Origin: a virus
DNA length: 64,000 nt
Reading direction: 5' to 3' (one strand)
IMG/VR virus record: IMGVR_UViG_3300002334_000124
Coordinates: 20,765 to 84,764 of that record
Below are positions 1 to 9,900 of the stretch, one piece after another. The position numbers were made by a program, and so were the translations under genes. Under the pieces are notes generated by a model. That model did not search any database and was not told the DNA's origin. It saw nothing but the letters and a program-made list of their open reading frames with translations. The first letter of the stretch is position 1, and the number at the start of each line of letters is the position of its first letter.

Positions 1-1
1 T

Positions 2-859
2 GGTGACATGACGAATCCCTTGTTCGTGCTGCACCGTCTGCTTCGTTGTGTTGATATGGAATCGGAGAGCAATTACAACGTCAATGAGTACTACCGCATA
101 GATATCACCGATGAGTGGATTCAGGATATCGGTGGCAATGTTTTGAATCTGCTTGATCCTCCGACGGCACACAAGAAGTACAAGACTGTATGGATAGGAA
201 TGGATGTTGGTCTCACTAATCATCCTTCAGAGATACTGGTGTTCGCTGAAGAGAAGGTCAAAGGTGAGGAGGACACGTGTCTTAAACTGTTAGCTCGATA
301 TCACCTGGATCGAGTGTCTGCTCCTGATCAAACGAAGATCGTATTGTGGCTGATCGACTTTTACAACACCAGGGCTTTCGCCATGGACAAGACGGGTCTC
401 GGACTGCCTATCTTTCAGGAACTCCAGGCTCAGGCTGCTGAACTAGGTATCAAGAACGTTCTCGATAAGATCAAGGGTTACAACTTCGGCGAAAAGCTGC
501 TTGTTGATTTCGACGAGACAATCGACGTGGAGGAGTTCGGTGGTGACGAGATAGAGGATCGTGCCATCTACAAGAAGGCTCTGGAGTACTCCTCAGACAA
601 GCTTCGTGAATTGGTTGACGATCATCGTCTGTTGCTTCCTGACGACGACATAGTGAAAGAATTTCAGGGGCAGACGTGGACGATCGACAAGAGTGGTATG
701 AACATGTACGGGAAGAAAACCTATTCTCGCGGTTCGTTTCACGCCTTGGATGCCGCACGTATGGCTGCTTGTGCTTGGGCACAGTACAAGATAGAAGCCC
801 TCTTGCGCGAGCATCGTAAGGTAGATAAGCAAGAGCCTGTGTACGACGTGTTCTTTTAA
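2..859 (+). CDS. terL: Terminase large subunit, C-terminal RNase H-like nuclease domain (5' partial)
   Basis: Motifs GMDVG, AMDKTGLG and HALDAARMA; upstream of portal; frame open back to the window start. Confidence 0.8.
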   Translation, partial: GDMTNPLFVLHRLLRCVDMESESNYNVNEYYRIDITDEWIQDIGGNVLNLLDPPTAHKKYKTVWIGMDVGLTNHPSEILVFAEEKVKGEEDTCLKLLARYHLDRVSAPDQTKIVLWLIDFYNTRAFAMDKTGLGLPIFQELQAQAAELGIKNVLDKIKGYNFGEKLLVDFDETIDVEEFGGDEIEDRAIYKKALEYSSDKLRELVDDHRLLLPDDDIVKEFQGQTWTIDKSGMNMYGKKTYSRGSFHALDAARMAACAWAQYKIEALLREHRKVDKQEPVYDVFF

Positions 860-896
860 TAGGTCAAATTAGCCTTGGCGTAGCTCGAATTAGGTC

Positions 897-1256
897 TTGG
901 AGATGCCGATGAAGATAACAACCATACCGGAGACTCCGGTGCGTTCAGCCCCTCAACCAACAACCGTGAGGACTAAGTTGACTGAGTTTGAAGATGAGAT
1001 CGACAATTATTACGATGTCATGGTCGAATTCAAGAACATGGACAGCTCTGAGATCCTTGAGTCCCTGTCGGCGTTCACTGCCAGGGCAAGTCAAATCAGA
1101 GCAAATCTGATTCGTCAAGACAACAGGTCTGTCCAGGCTTTCAGAACCAAACAGCTTGATCCTTTCATAGCCGAATGTGAGCGTCAATTCAAAGTTTGGT
1201 CCAGAGTCATTTCAGTTCGTCAGTTCGAGTGGGAATCTAGCAGAGGTCAGAGATAA
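897..1256 (+). CDS. Hypothetical helical protein
   Basis: ORF fills the terL-portal gap and abuts the portal start. Confidence 0.6.
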   Translation: MEMPMKITTIPETPVRSAPQPTTVRTKLTEFEDEIDNYYDVMVEFKNMDSSEILESLSAFTARASQIRANLIRQDNRSVQAFRTKQLDPFIAECERQFKVWSRVISVRQFEWESSRGQR

Positions 1257-2936
1257 ATGTCAAGCGAAGAGTGGCACAATACAGACGGGTATAGCGTAAC
1301 GGTTGTTAAAGATCGAGATGTCGAAGTCTCCGATGAAGATCTTCATGCAGCTTTTGCAGGTTCGGCCGAACTTCAAACTATGACTGACTGGATCAAAAGC
1401 ATCCGCCCAGACACAGCAGCGATGGACCCTGAACGTCGGAATCGTGCGGGTCGTTCTGGTGGGATCTTCGAACGTGATCGCTACGCAACGCCTACGGGGA
1501 TATTTTCTCAATTCAAAGTGGCGAAAGACGCATCCGAGAACGACGACATAGTGTCAAATGTTCTCGAAACGACCGAGGCGTTGGTCTTCAATAAGGTGCG
1601 TGTTGAGTGTGGTGATGATGACGAAGAGAATATTTGGGACCAAATCCTTTCAGATATGGAACTGGATCTTCGTTTGCGCGAGATGTGGCGTGACCTGTTT
1701 GTGTTCAGCCAGTACTATGTGACCTCATTTTGGGAACGGCAAACATACCAGATAGAAGGTAAACGCAGGTCTCGTCGTGCTCGCAAGAAGTTTGATCTCA
1801 TTGTGCCAACTTCGTTGTCCATGTTGGACCCTATGAAGATCCTTCCCGTCGGAGACTTTCTTTTCGATAAAGAGAAACTGGTTCTTATTGCTAACGCTGG
1901 GACCGAAGCCCAAACAATTGATGATGTGGTTGCTGGCAAGAACACCACTGATTTAGTAATTCGCGAAATGGTTGTTGGTGCTTACGAACCGACCCCTACT
2001 GAAGAGTCTTTGCTTAGCGATCTAACTGGTGGTCGCGGCGTTGGTCGTAACAATCTGTTCGAGTTAGAGCCTAAACGTGTTTGGCGTCATACGTCGACGC
2101 GTCCTACGTATGAACGTTTTGCTCCTGTTCGAATGAAGTCGATCTTTGAATTGTTAGATCTCAAACATCAGTTACGTCAGATGGATCGCGCTCATCTTTT
2201 AGGCGCAACTAACTTCATAGTCTTGGTTCGAAAGGGGTCGGACAAAAAGCCTGCAACTACGGGTGAACTGGCCAGCCTTTCTGCTTCTGTTCGAACAGTA
2301 GCACGTACTCCGCTGATCGTTGGTGATCATCGTTTGACCGTCGATATCGTTACTCCGAAGATGGATGCCGTGTTGGATCCCAAGCGTTACAACAACATCG
2401 ACAGTCGAATTACTGCTCGTCTGTATCAGATCTTTCACTTGGGTGGATTTTCAGCAGGCGCCAGTGGTGACGACAGTCTCAAATTAGCCAGGGTGATCGC
2501 TCGGGGTCTAGAGTCACGTCGTACGGCCATAGCTCGTAACCTTGAGAAGAATCTCATCTTGCCTATATGGCGTGAGAACAAGTCGTTGACTCGTCGACCT
2601 AAGTTGGTCTTCACCCCTCGTCAAGTGGCTCTCGATTTCGATCCCAACTTTGTGAATCTGATGCGCGACCTCTTCTTGCATGGAGATATCAGCCGAGAGA
2701 CCATGTTGGGGGTTGTGGACATAGAACAAGAAGATGAAGCTCATCGCCGAGAAGTTGAGAAGGATGTGTACGACAAGTTGTTTCCTGAACGTGAAACGAA
2801 CAAGGGTCAGAAGGGTCGCGTCCAGGGAGGTAATCGTGGTGGGGGTGGAGAAAATCCTGATTCTAGAGTTCCGAATCCTGGGGATCGACGTCCTGATTCC
2901 GACATTCCGGAGGACGAGCTTAGGGACCGCACCTGA
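1257..2936 (+). CDS. Portal protein
   Basis: 559 aa between terminase and protease/scaffold; helical, with charged low-complexity C-terminus. Confidence 0.75.
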   Translation: MSSEEWHNTDGYSVTVVKDRDVEVSDEDLHAAFAGSAELQTMTDWIKSIRPDTAAMDPERRNRAGRSGGIFERDRYATPTGIFSQFKVAKDASENDDIVSNVLETTEALVFNKVRVECGDDDEENIWDQILSDMELDLRLREMWRDLFVFSQYYVTSFWERQTYQIEGKRRSRRARKKFDLIVPTSLSMLDPMKILPVGDFLFDKEKLVLIANAGTEAQTIDDVVAGKNTTDLVIREMVVGAYEPTPTEESLLSDLTGGRGVGRNNLFELEPKRVWRHTSTRPTYERFAPVRMKSIFELLDLKHQLRQMDRAHLLGATNFIVLVRKGSDKKPATTGELASLSASVRTVARTPLIVGDHRLTVDIVTPKMDAVLDPKRYNNIDSRITARLYQIFHLGGFSAGASGDDSLKLARVIARGLESRRTAIARNLEKNLILPIWRENKSLTRRPKLVFTPRQVALDFDPNFVNLMRDLFLHGDISRETMLGVVDIEQEDEAHRREVEKDVYDKLFPERETNKGQKGRVQGGNRGGGGENPDSRVPNPGDRRPDSDIPEDELRDRT

Positions 2937-2967
2937 ATAAGAGCTGCGCTTTGACCGAAAGAACATC

Positions 2968-3747
2968 ATGACCGCGATAACCTCAACTCCAACGCACATC
3001 ATGATGACTGATGCTTGCACTTTGCTTCCACAAGACCGTGACATTGCCGGGCATTGGGCGCAGGATTTGGTATCTGGCAATCCTGCGTTTCGGTATATTG
3101 TTGGGAAGTACATTGAAGCAGACAATCCGAACCGCAACATGCAGCAGTGGGTGTTGGCCGATCTTCCGGAAGCTCAGGGAAGCATCAAGAACTCCCCATT
3201 GAATGTGCTCCATCGTCAACAGCACATAGTTGGTTCTTTCTTGGGAAGTGAGTTGCTCTATCCCAAGGGTGGCGATTCCGCGGACGAAATCAATCCTTTC
3301 ATTGAGGCTCTATCTGCATTCTGGGCTGCCTGTTTTCCTGATGAGATGAAAGTCGTCGAGAAGGCTCACAATCAGGGCAGTCTTTTCTACTCGATGGAGT
3401 GCATCGGTGAGAGCATGACTTTCATCCGCCCTGATGGCACCCGCTCAAAAGAGATGCCCTACGTTGGCGCGCATAGCGACAAGTACGGCGAAGACGGAGC
3501 AAACCCGGAGAACATTCGGCAGATCAACAAGCCTCTGTTTCTTGGTGGTGCCCTCATATTCCCACCTAAACGACCTGGGTGGAAAGATGCCAAGATCTAC
3601 CAGGTGGCGGACCTAGTTGAAGCTAATCAACAGGAAGCAGAAGACCTGTACATCACGTTCGAAGCGGGTTCCCCACACCTTGATTCGGACGTTTGGGAGT
3701 CGATGATGCTTGAGGTGTTGACTTCAGCTAAGGGCATTGAAGGTTAA
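2968..3747 (+). CDS. Putative capsid maturation protease
   Basis: Between portal and scaffold; LNVLH...IVG and YSMEC motifs typical of prohead proteases. Confidence 0.6.
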   Translation: MTAITSTPTHIMMTDACTLLPQDRDIAGHWAQDLVSGNPAFRYIVGKYIEADNPNRNMQQWVLADLPEAQGSIKNSPLNVLHRQQHIVGSFLGSELLYPKGGDSADEINPFIEALSAFWAACFPDEMKVVEKAHNQGSLFYSMECIGESMTFIRPDGTRSKEMPYVGAHSDKYGEDGANPENIRQINKPLFLGGALIFPPKRPGWKDAKIYQVADLVEANQQEAEDLYITFEAGSPHLDSDVWESMMLEVLTSAKGIEG

Positions 3748-3786
3748 ATACTACAATACATCGAAACACTGCCGAAGATTACAAGC

Positions 3787-4539
3787 ATGAGTTCCATTAC
3801 AGCAGATGTTAAGAAGAAGCACGACCTTCTTCTGGAACACAAGCCGTCCGATGCGTCACATGATGCTTCGACTTGTCCAGTGTGTGAGTTGGGAGACGGA
3901 CCCCTTTCTCTTGCACACGATGACTCTCCACAAGGAGGTGCAGTACAAATGAGCGAATATACAGAAGAGCAGGTTCAGGCCCGTGTAGCCGAAGCGATCG
4001 CACCAATTCAAGCAAAGTTGGATGAAGTCGTTGCGTCTCAGGACCAAGCCTCAAACGACGCTCGTATCGCAGAGCTGGTCGAAGCCCATGAAGCGGCAGT
4101 AGCCGAACTTCAGGCCGAGGTCGATGCTGCTACCGCTGCTGCTGGATCTGCATCGAAGGCGTACGAGGATCTCGTTGCCTACCTTACAGAAGAGCAGGAG
4201 AAGGCAGACGCAAGCGCTGCGTTCGAAGTTCGGAAGACTGAGGTTGCTGAGGTTATCGGCGATCGATTCTCTGATGAATACGTCGAAGCAAATGTTAGTC
4301 GCTGGGCTTCTCTTGAAGCCGAAGCGTTCGAAGCCCTTATTGCCGACTGGGAAGCAGCATCAGTTGCATCCAAGGCAGCAGCAAAGGCAAAGTCAGCCAC
4401 TTCAGCGTCCGCCCCAGTTACTGCCATGACGGCAGGAGCTGCGTCGAACGATGACGAGGCTCAAGATGTTGCTTCAATCCGCAAGGGATTGCAACTTAAC
4501 CGCCAGGCAGTACGTGCTGTCGGCGCTCGCACATACTAG
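3787..4539 (+). CDS. Capsid scaffolding protein (probable second in-frame start at 3949)
   Basis: Ala/Glu-rich coiled coil before capsid genes; AAGGAGGT RBS before in-frame ATG 3949. Confidence 0.7.
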   Translation: MSSITADVKKKHDLLLEHKPSDASHDASTCPVCELGDGPLSLAHDDSPQGGAVQMSEYTEEQVQARVAEAIAPIQAKLDEVVASQDQASNDARIAELVEAHEAAVAELQAEVDAATAAAGSASKAYEDLVAYLTEEQEKADASAAFEVRKTEVAEVIGDRFSDEYVEANVSRWASLEAEAFEALIADWEAASVASKAAAKAKSATSASAPVTAMTAGAASNDDEAQDVASIRKGLQLNRQAVRAVGARTY

Positions 4540-4551
4540 GAGGTATGACAC

Positions 4552-5127
4552 GTGAGTAACTATGGACGCAATTTCGTCCTCACTGTGCCACCTCATGGTC
4601 GCGATCGGAAGGGCCGTTTCTATAACGCACAAGGCGCAGCGATTCCGATCGGTGTTCCAGTTGTAGCAACTGACGGAACGCCAAACGCGTTGGGCCTAGA
4701 GCCTGTCACGTTGGCGACTCTGCCTCAGGCTCCTCCTCTCGCAGGTCGTGGTGGTATCGCAGTCTACGAGTACGGTCCCAACGCATTCGAGGGTACCGAT
4801 CCGGCCTTAACGGTCGGTAGTGATTTGGACACTGTTCCAGATACTAACGCAGTTCAGGTTGTTAGTGGGGCCTATATCAAGGTTCTTCTCATCAACACTG
4901 CAGCATCATCTCTCTTCCTCAACACACGGACTTACACAGGCCGCGTGATGGTAGCAGGGTTGAATGGTGCAACTAGCTCGATTGCAGTAGGGGATTACCT
5001 TACTCCGGGCTCAGGAAACGACACCGACGGATACTGGAATGAAACCACAACTGCTTCTGAAGCATGGATGGTTGTCACGAAGGTAGACGCTGATCGAGAT
5101 GAGCTTGAAGCTCAGCTCACTTTCTAA
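4552..5127 (+). CDS. Head decoration/cement protein
   Basis: 191-aa beta-rich protein directly before the MCP; AGGAGGT RBS. Confidence 0.6.
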   Translation: MSNYGRNFVLTVPPHGRDRKGRFYNAQGAAIPIGVPVVATDGTPNALGLEPVTLATLPQAPPLAGRGGIAVYEYGPNAFEGTDPALTVGSDLDTVPDTNAVQVVSGAYIKVLLINTAASSLFLNTRTYTGRVMVAGLNGATSSIAVGDYLTPGSGNDTDGYWNETTTASEAWMVVTKVDADRDELEAQLTF

Positions 5128-5143
5128 GGAGGAGGTGAACAAA

Positions 5144-6100
5144 ATGGGAACATCCACATACATCGATAACCTCGGTCGCAACAGCGAAGAGCGTGCAAAG
5201 ATTCAGGCAGAGATCGCAATGGTCAACGCCGATGCAGAAGAGAACTGGGACGATCCTGCATGGCGTAAGACCATGGCTCAGGAAATGTCAGAGACAATTC
5301 TGCAAGGATTCGAGCACGAAAACCTCCTCCAGATTATGAGCCAGGTTGAGAATGCACCGTTCAACGGTCGGATTCTGATTAAGGAAGTCCGTGGTCTCCG
5401 CGCTCATTGGGTTGCGCGTGGCGGTTACATCGAAGTTAGCACGTTGCGTTCAAACGTAATGGAGCTTCCTCGGGACACCATCGGATTCCACGTGATGGAC
5501 TTCGAAGACAAGATTCGGACTAACTTCGCTGAGACTCAGAGTGACTTGATTACTCTTGGTCAGGAGCGAATGGATGCTGAGGTAAACCTCCGGGTTCTAG
5601 CTCTCTTCCAGTCTGCAATCGGTACTGGTTCTGACTTCTACGTCAGCGGCGCAGGTCTTAGCCTGTCTGCATTGAACACAGCACTTCGTGAGGTTCGTGA
5701 CGAAAGCAAGGTCAACGAAGTTGTCATTGTTGGTCGGTCGACTATGACCGATCAGATTATGGACAACCTCCTCGGCGGCTCTTTCAATGGTTCTGGCTTC
5801 CTGCCAGAAACTAACGAACAGCTTGTCAAGCGTGGTGTCTTGGGCGTTTATCGTAACGCTAGGATCCTCACTCTTGTCAACCACAAGGATGACGCTGACA
5901 TCAGCTTCTTCCCTGCAAACGAACTTTATGTCGTCGCTCGCGATGCCAGCAAGTTTGCTTTCTGGGGCGGTCTGATGTTCAAGGAGTACAGCGAACTCGA
6001 CGCTTGGTACTGGCACTACATTGCCCGCCGTGATTTCGGTGGCGTAGTTCATCGTCCTGAGCGTATGCGCCGGATGGTCGACACTAGCATCTCAGCTTAG
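5144..6100 (+). CDS. Major capsid protein
   Basis: AAGGAGGAGGT RBS before ATG 5144; 318 aa; synteny; strong terminator follows. Confidence 0.8.
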   Translation: MGTSTYIDNLGRNSEERAKIQAEIAMVNADAEENWDDPAWRKTMAQEMSETILQGFEHENLLQIMSQVENAPFNGRILIKEVRGLRAHWVARGGYIEVSTLRSNVMELPRDTIGFHVMDFEDKIRTNFAETQSDLITLGQERMDAEVNLRVLALFQSAIGTGSDFYVSGAGLSLSALNTALREVRDESKVNEVVIVGRSTMTDQIMDNLLGGSFNGSGFLPETNEQLVKRGVLGVYRNARILTLVNHKDDADISFFPANELYVVARDASKFAFWGGLMFKEYSELDAWYWHYIARRDFGGVVHRPERMRRMVDTSISA

Positions 6101-6126
6101 TCGATTGATCTAGCGAAATAGCGCTA

Positions 6127-6158
6127 AAAGGGCCCTCGGTTTCGACCGGGGGTTCTTT
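6127..6158 (+). terminator. Rho-independent terminator after capsid operon
   Basis: AAAGGGCCCTCGGT-TTCG-ACCGGGGGTTCTTT hairpin. Confidence 0.7.
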
Positions 6159-6257
6159 CGTCGTGCCCCGAACTTTATTCGAATTGCCATGTATTGTCTG
6201 GTTAAGCAAGCTACAGTACTGTTTGCATGCAATCTACGTAGATCAGGAGAGAGCAGT

Positions 6258-6818
6258 ATGGCAAGCCAATCGAAAGAACAGTGGAAGAATGTGAGCCGTG
6301 GCATCGCATTGGTTAACGTGTACGACTCCACCGGGAATCGCGTCGACCAGGAAATAGTCCGCTCCGGTCGCACTGTTGTCTTGTCACCCGAAGAGCGACG
6401 TCTTCTCAACCAGGATCGCACAGCTAGTGATTCTTTGGATATTTTCTCTAATGGGGTTTTGAGGCCTCTGTCTTTGGCAGACGACAGCGAAGACCTTTCT
6501 GAGAATCCAAATCACATGACCGAGGGTGACATGCGAGACATTTTCAGCCTCCGTAACCATCTCAAATTTAAGTCTGCTCTGTCTGAAATAGAGTCGGTAC
6601 CCGTCCTGCAGCGGCTTTTGTTTCTTGTGGATAACGACGACGACGAGGGTGATGAGAGTCTAAACCCGACAGTGAAGCAACGTGAGAGCATCGTCACTCG
6701 TCTTGACAAACTTCAGGTTCGTGCTGTGGATGTAGTCGAGGTCACCAATGTTGGCCATGTGAGTGGGAGCTTCGGCGAAGACGAACGCAGTCAGGTGCAA
6801 CCTTTCCGCTCCGAATAG
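6258..6818 (+). CDS. Hypothetical protein
   Basis: AGGAGA RBS before ATG 6258 (MASQSKEQ). Confidence 0.6.
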   Translation: MASQSKEQWKNVSRGIALVNVYDSTGNRVDQEIVRSGRTVVLSPEERRLLNQDRTASDSLDIFSNGVLRPLSLADDSEDLSENPNHMTEGDMRDIFSLRNHLKFKSALSEIESVPVLQRLLFLVDNDDDEGDESLNPTVKQRESIVTRLDKLQVRAVDVVEVTNVGHVSGSFGEDERSQVQPFRSE

Positions 6819-6867
6819 GACGCTGACAGTAATAGATCAAATACCTGTGCGGTAGTTGACGAAGGAC

Positions 6868-6890
6868 GCCCCTCAAAGAGGGGCTCTTTC
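6868..6890 (+). terminator. Putative terminator hairpin
   Basis: GCCCCTC-AAA-GAGGGGC followed by TCTTT. Confidence 0.5.
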
Positions 6891-6907
6891 GCGTCGATAA
6901 GAGGTAG

Positions 6908-9900
6908 ATGAATACTGATATTCCACCAGTACTTAAAGAGATCACTATCTACGAAGCGGCCACTTACTTTAAGGAGTTTGCTGTCGTTGACGTCGACGGC
7001 GCCGTCGTAGACATTTCAGGCTGGACAGGTGAAGCTCTTGCCGTCACTGCTATAGGTGGAGTCCTTCAGGGTACTTTCGAAGTCCACATCGTTGATGGAT
7101 CAGCTGGCACCTTCTCTTTGTACATGAGCGAGTCACAGACAGCTAACATGTCTGTGGGTGTTTACGACGTCATCTTGACCAGCGATGAAGCTACACCTGG
7201 TTTGTACGCTGTCAGGCACGGTCCTCTTGATTTCGTGAGAGAGGCATCCTATAGCAGCGTTGTTGAGGGTGTCCCTCTCCCCGACGTGGAGAGCCTCAAC
7301 GATCTCACAGACGTAGTACTCGTCACTCCTCTTAGCGGGCAGGTGTTGTCGTACAATGGCACCACGTGGGTCAATTCTGCAGCCTCAGGCTTGGGTGACA
7401 TGCTGGCGTCCACTTACGACCCAGCGACAATTGCGGAGCAACTGGTTGGTCTCACGGCGACTCAGACGTTAACCAACAAGACGCTGACTGCGCCTGTCAT
7501 CTCCGGGAACCTGACTACTGACGGTCTGATTGACGGCGTCGATGTCGCTACAGATGTGGCAGCCAACACCGCGAAGGTGACTTACCCTTCAGCTGATAGC
7601 ACCAAGCTAGCTGGCATCGAAACAGCCGCCGACGTGACGGACGAAACTAATGTGGCAGCGACGGCATCAGTCATAGCTAATACCGCGAAAGTCACGAATG
7701 CCAATCACACAGGTGAAGTTACTGGTAGTACCGCTCTGACGGTTGACAAGACGGTTATCTCGGGACAGACTTTGGTCACGGCTGTAGGAGCTGACCATGT
7801 ACTCATCGGCGACGCATCTAATGCAGACAATCTGAAGAGGGCACTTGTTTCTGATTTGACTGGTGGTGGTATCGCCAACATTGTCGAGGACGCAACGCCT
7901 CAGCTTGGCGGCAACTTGGATGTCAACGGCTTCACTGTGGACGGCCGCGATCCATCAGTCGACGGAACCAAGCTCGACGCCATTGAAGACAACGCAACAA
8001 TAGACCAGACGAATGCTGAGATTCGTACCGCCGTAGAGGCGGCTACAGACAGCAATGTTTTCACCGATAACGACCACACGAAACTGAACGCGATTGAAGC
8101 GCTAGCTGATGTAACTGATGTCGCAAACGTCGGAACAGCTGGTGCGCCGATAATTTCAGCTGGCGCTGGTGCGCCCTCGTCCACACCCACTAAAGTCGGC
8201 GACGTATACGTTGATACGACTGGTGACAACGTATATGCGGCAGCTGGTACTGCGTCCTCAGCCGATTGGAAGCAAGCCACTGGAGCGGGCGGTGGAGACT
8301 TGCTCGCTGCAAACAACCTGTCCGACGTTGCTAGCGCTCCGACGTCACGGACCAACCTAGGTTTGGCAATCGGATCTGACGTACAAGCTCACGACGCCGT
8401 GCTTGACGCTACGACAGCGTCGTTCCTTATCGCTGACGAGACCAAGCTAGATGCCATCGAAGCTCTGGCGGACGTCACGGATACAACCAACGTCACTGCT
8501 GCTGGCGCACTGATGGATTCAGAAGTTGATGCTGACATAAAGACTCTGGCATTGCCAGCCAACACAACAATTACCGCTGCTGCTGCCACCGTTCTGGACG
8601 ATGCCACTACGGGGGCCATGCTGACTACCTTGGGTGGTGCCACAGCAGCTCAGGGCACTACGGCCGATTCGGCGATGCAGGACCTGGTTGATGACGTCAC
8701 TCCGCAATTGGGTGGCGCTCTAGATGTCAGCGGACAGTCCATTGTGTCTGTGTCGGCTGGTGACATACCACTAACGCCCGACACTACTGGCAATGTAATC
8801 ATCGACGGAGTCAAGCATCCACAAGCGGACGGATCAGCAAATCAGTTGATGAAGACTGATGGCGCAGCACAGCTTGCGTTTGCTGACGTCAACAGTCTTC
8901 CGGTTTCCCGTATCTCCGGTAGCACATACAGCACGATTCAGCACCTCCAAGACATTTTCCATTCTGTAGGTCTTACTTCAGGTGGTGTGATCACCGACGA
9001 CGGCGACGGGACCATTACTGTAGCTACTGGTACTGGAGTAATCAGGGCGACTAACTCAGCTGTAGCGGAAATCCTCTTCTTTGACTGGGCAGCCGAGTCG
9101 GGTGTGGCTGTCGCTGTAACTGATAATGCGATGAACTACGTTTACGCCGAGTACAACTCGGGGTCTCCACAGGCTGTAGCTACGATCTCAAAGCGCACCG
9201 ATTTGATGACCAACGTTCTTCTCGGTACTGTTTACCGAGAGGGCACCGACCTTCATATCACTCTGTCTACAGCTCCTGGGGTAGGCAACCATGCCGCTCA
9301 GATGGTACAGAGAATGCACGAGACGTTGCCATTCGCTCGGGCCTCTGGTGGTGTGCTATCTGAAATTGGCACCCGCAACATTGCGATTTCTGCCGGGTCT
9401 TGGTGGGATGGATTAACGAACTTTGCAACCAGCGCTCTAGACACGAGTGTTGCCGGAACATTCAGATATTTCTACTCTGATGGCTCTGGCGGGTTCACTG
9501 AGATCACTGCTCAAACGCAGATCAACAACACTCAGTATGATGATGGCTCAGGCAGCTTGGCTACGCTTTCAAATAACAGGTATGGGGCTCACTGGGTCTA
9601 CGTTTCACAGAATGATGCCTATCTGGTAGTGTTCGGAACCGTTGATGGGACGCTGTCTGTTGCCGAAGATGCCCCTGAACCTTCGTCATTGCCTCCATTC
9701 TTTGCAGAAACACATGCTCGTCTCATTGGCAAGATTATCATCCTGAAATCAGCGTCAACGTTCCACTCTACACAGTCGGCGTTTGACCTAACATTCAGCC
9801 TACAGACAGCCTCAGATCATGGGGGCCTTGTCGGGCTCGGTGATGATGATCATTCACAATACATTCTGGTTGATGGTACTCGTGCACTAACAGGCGACCT

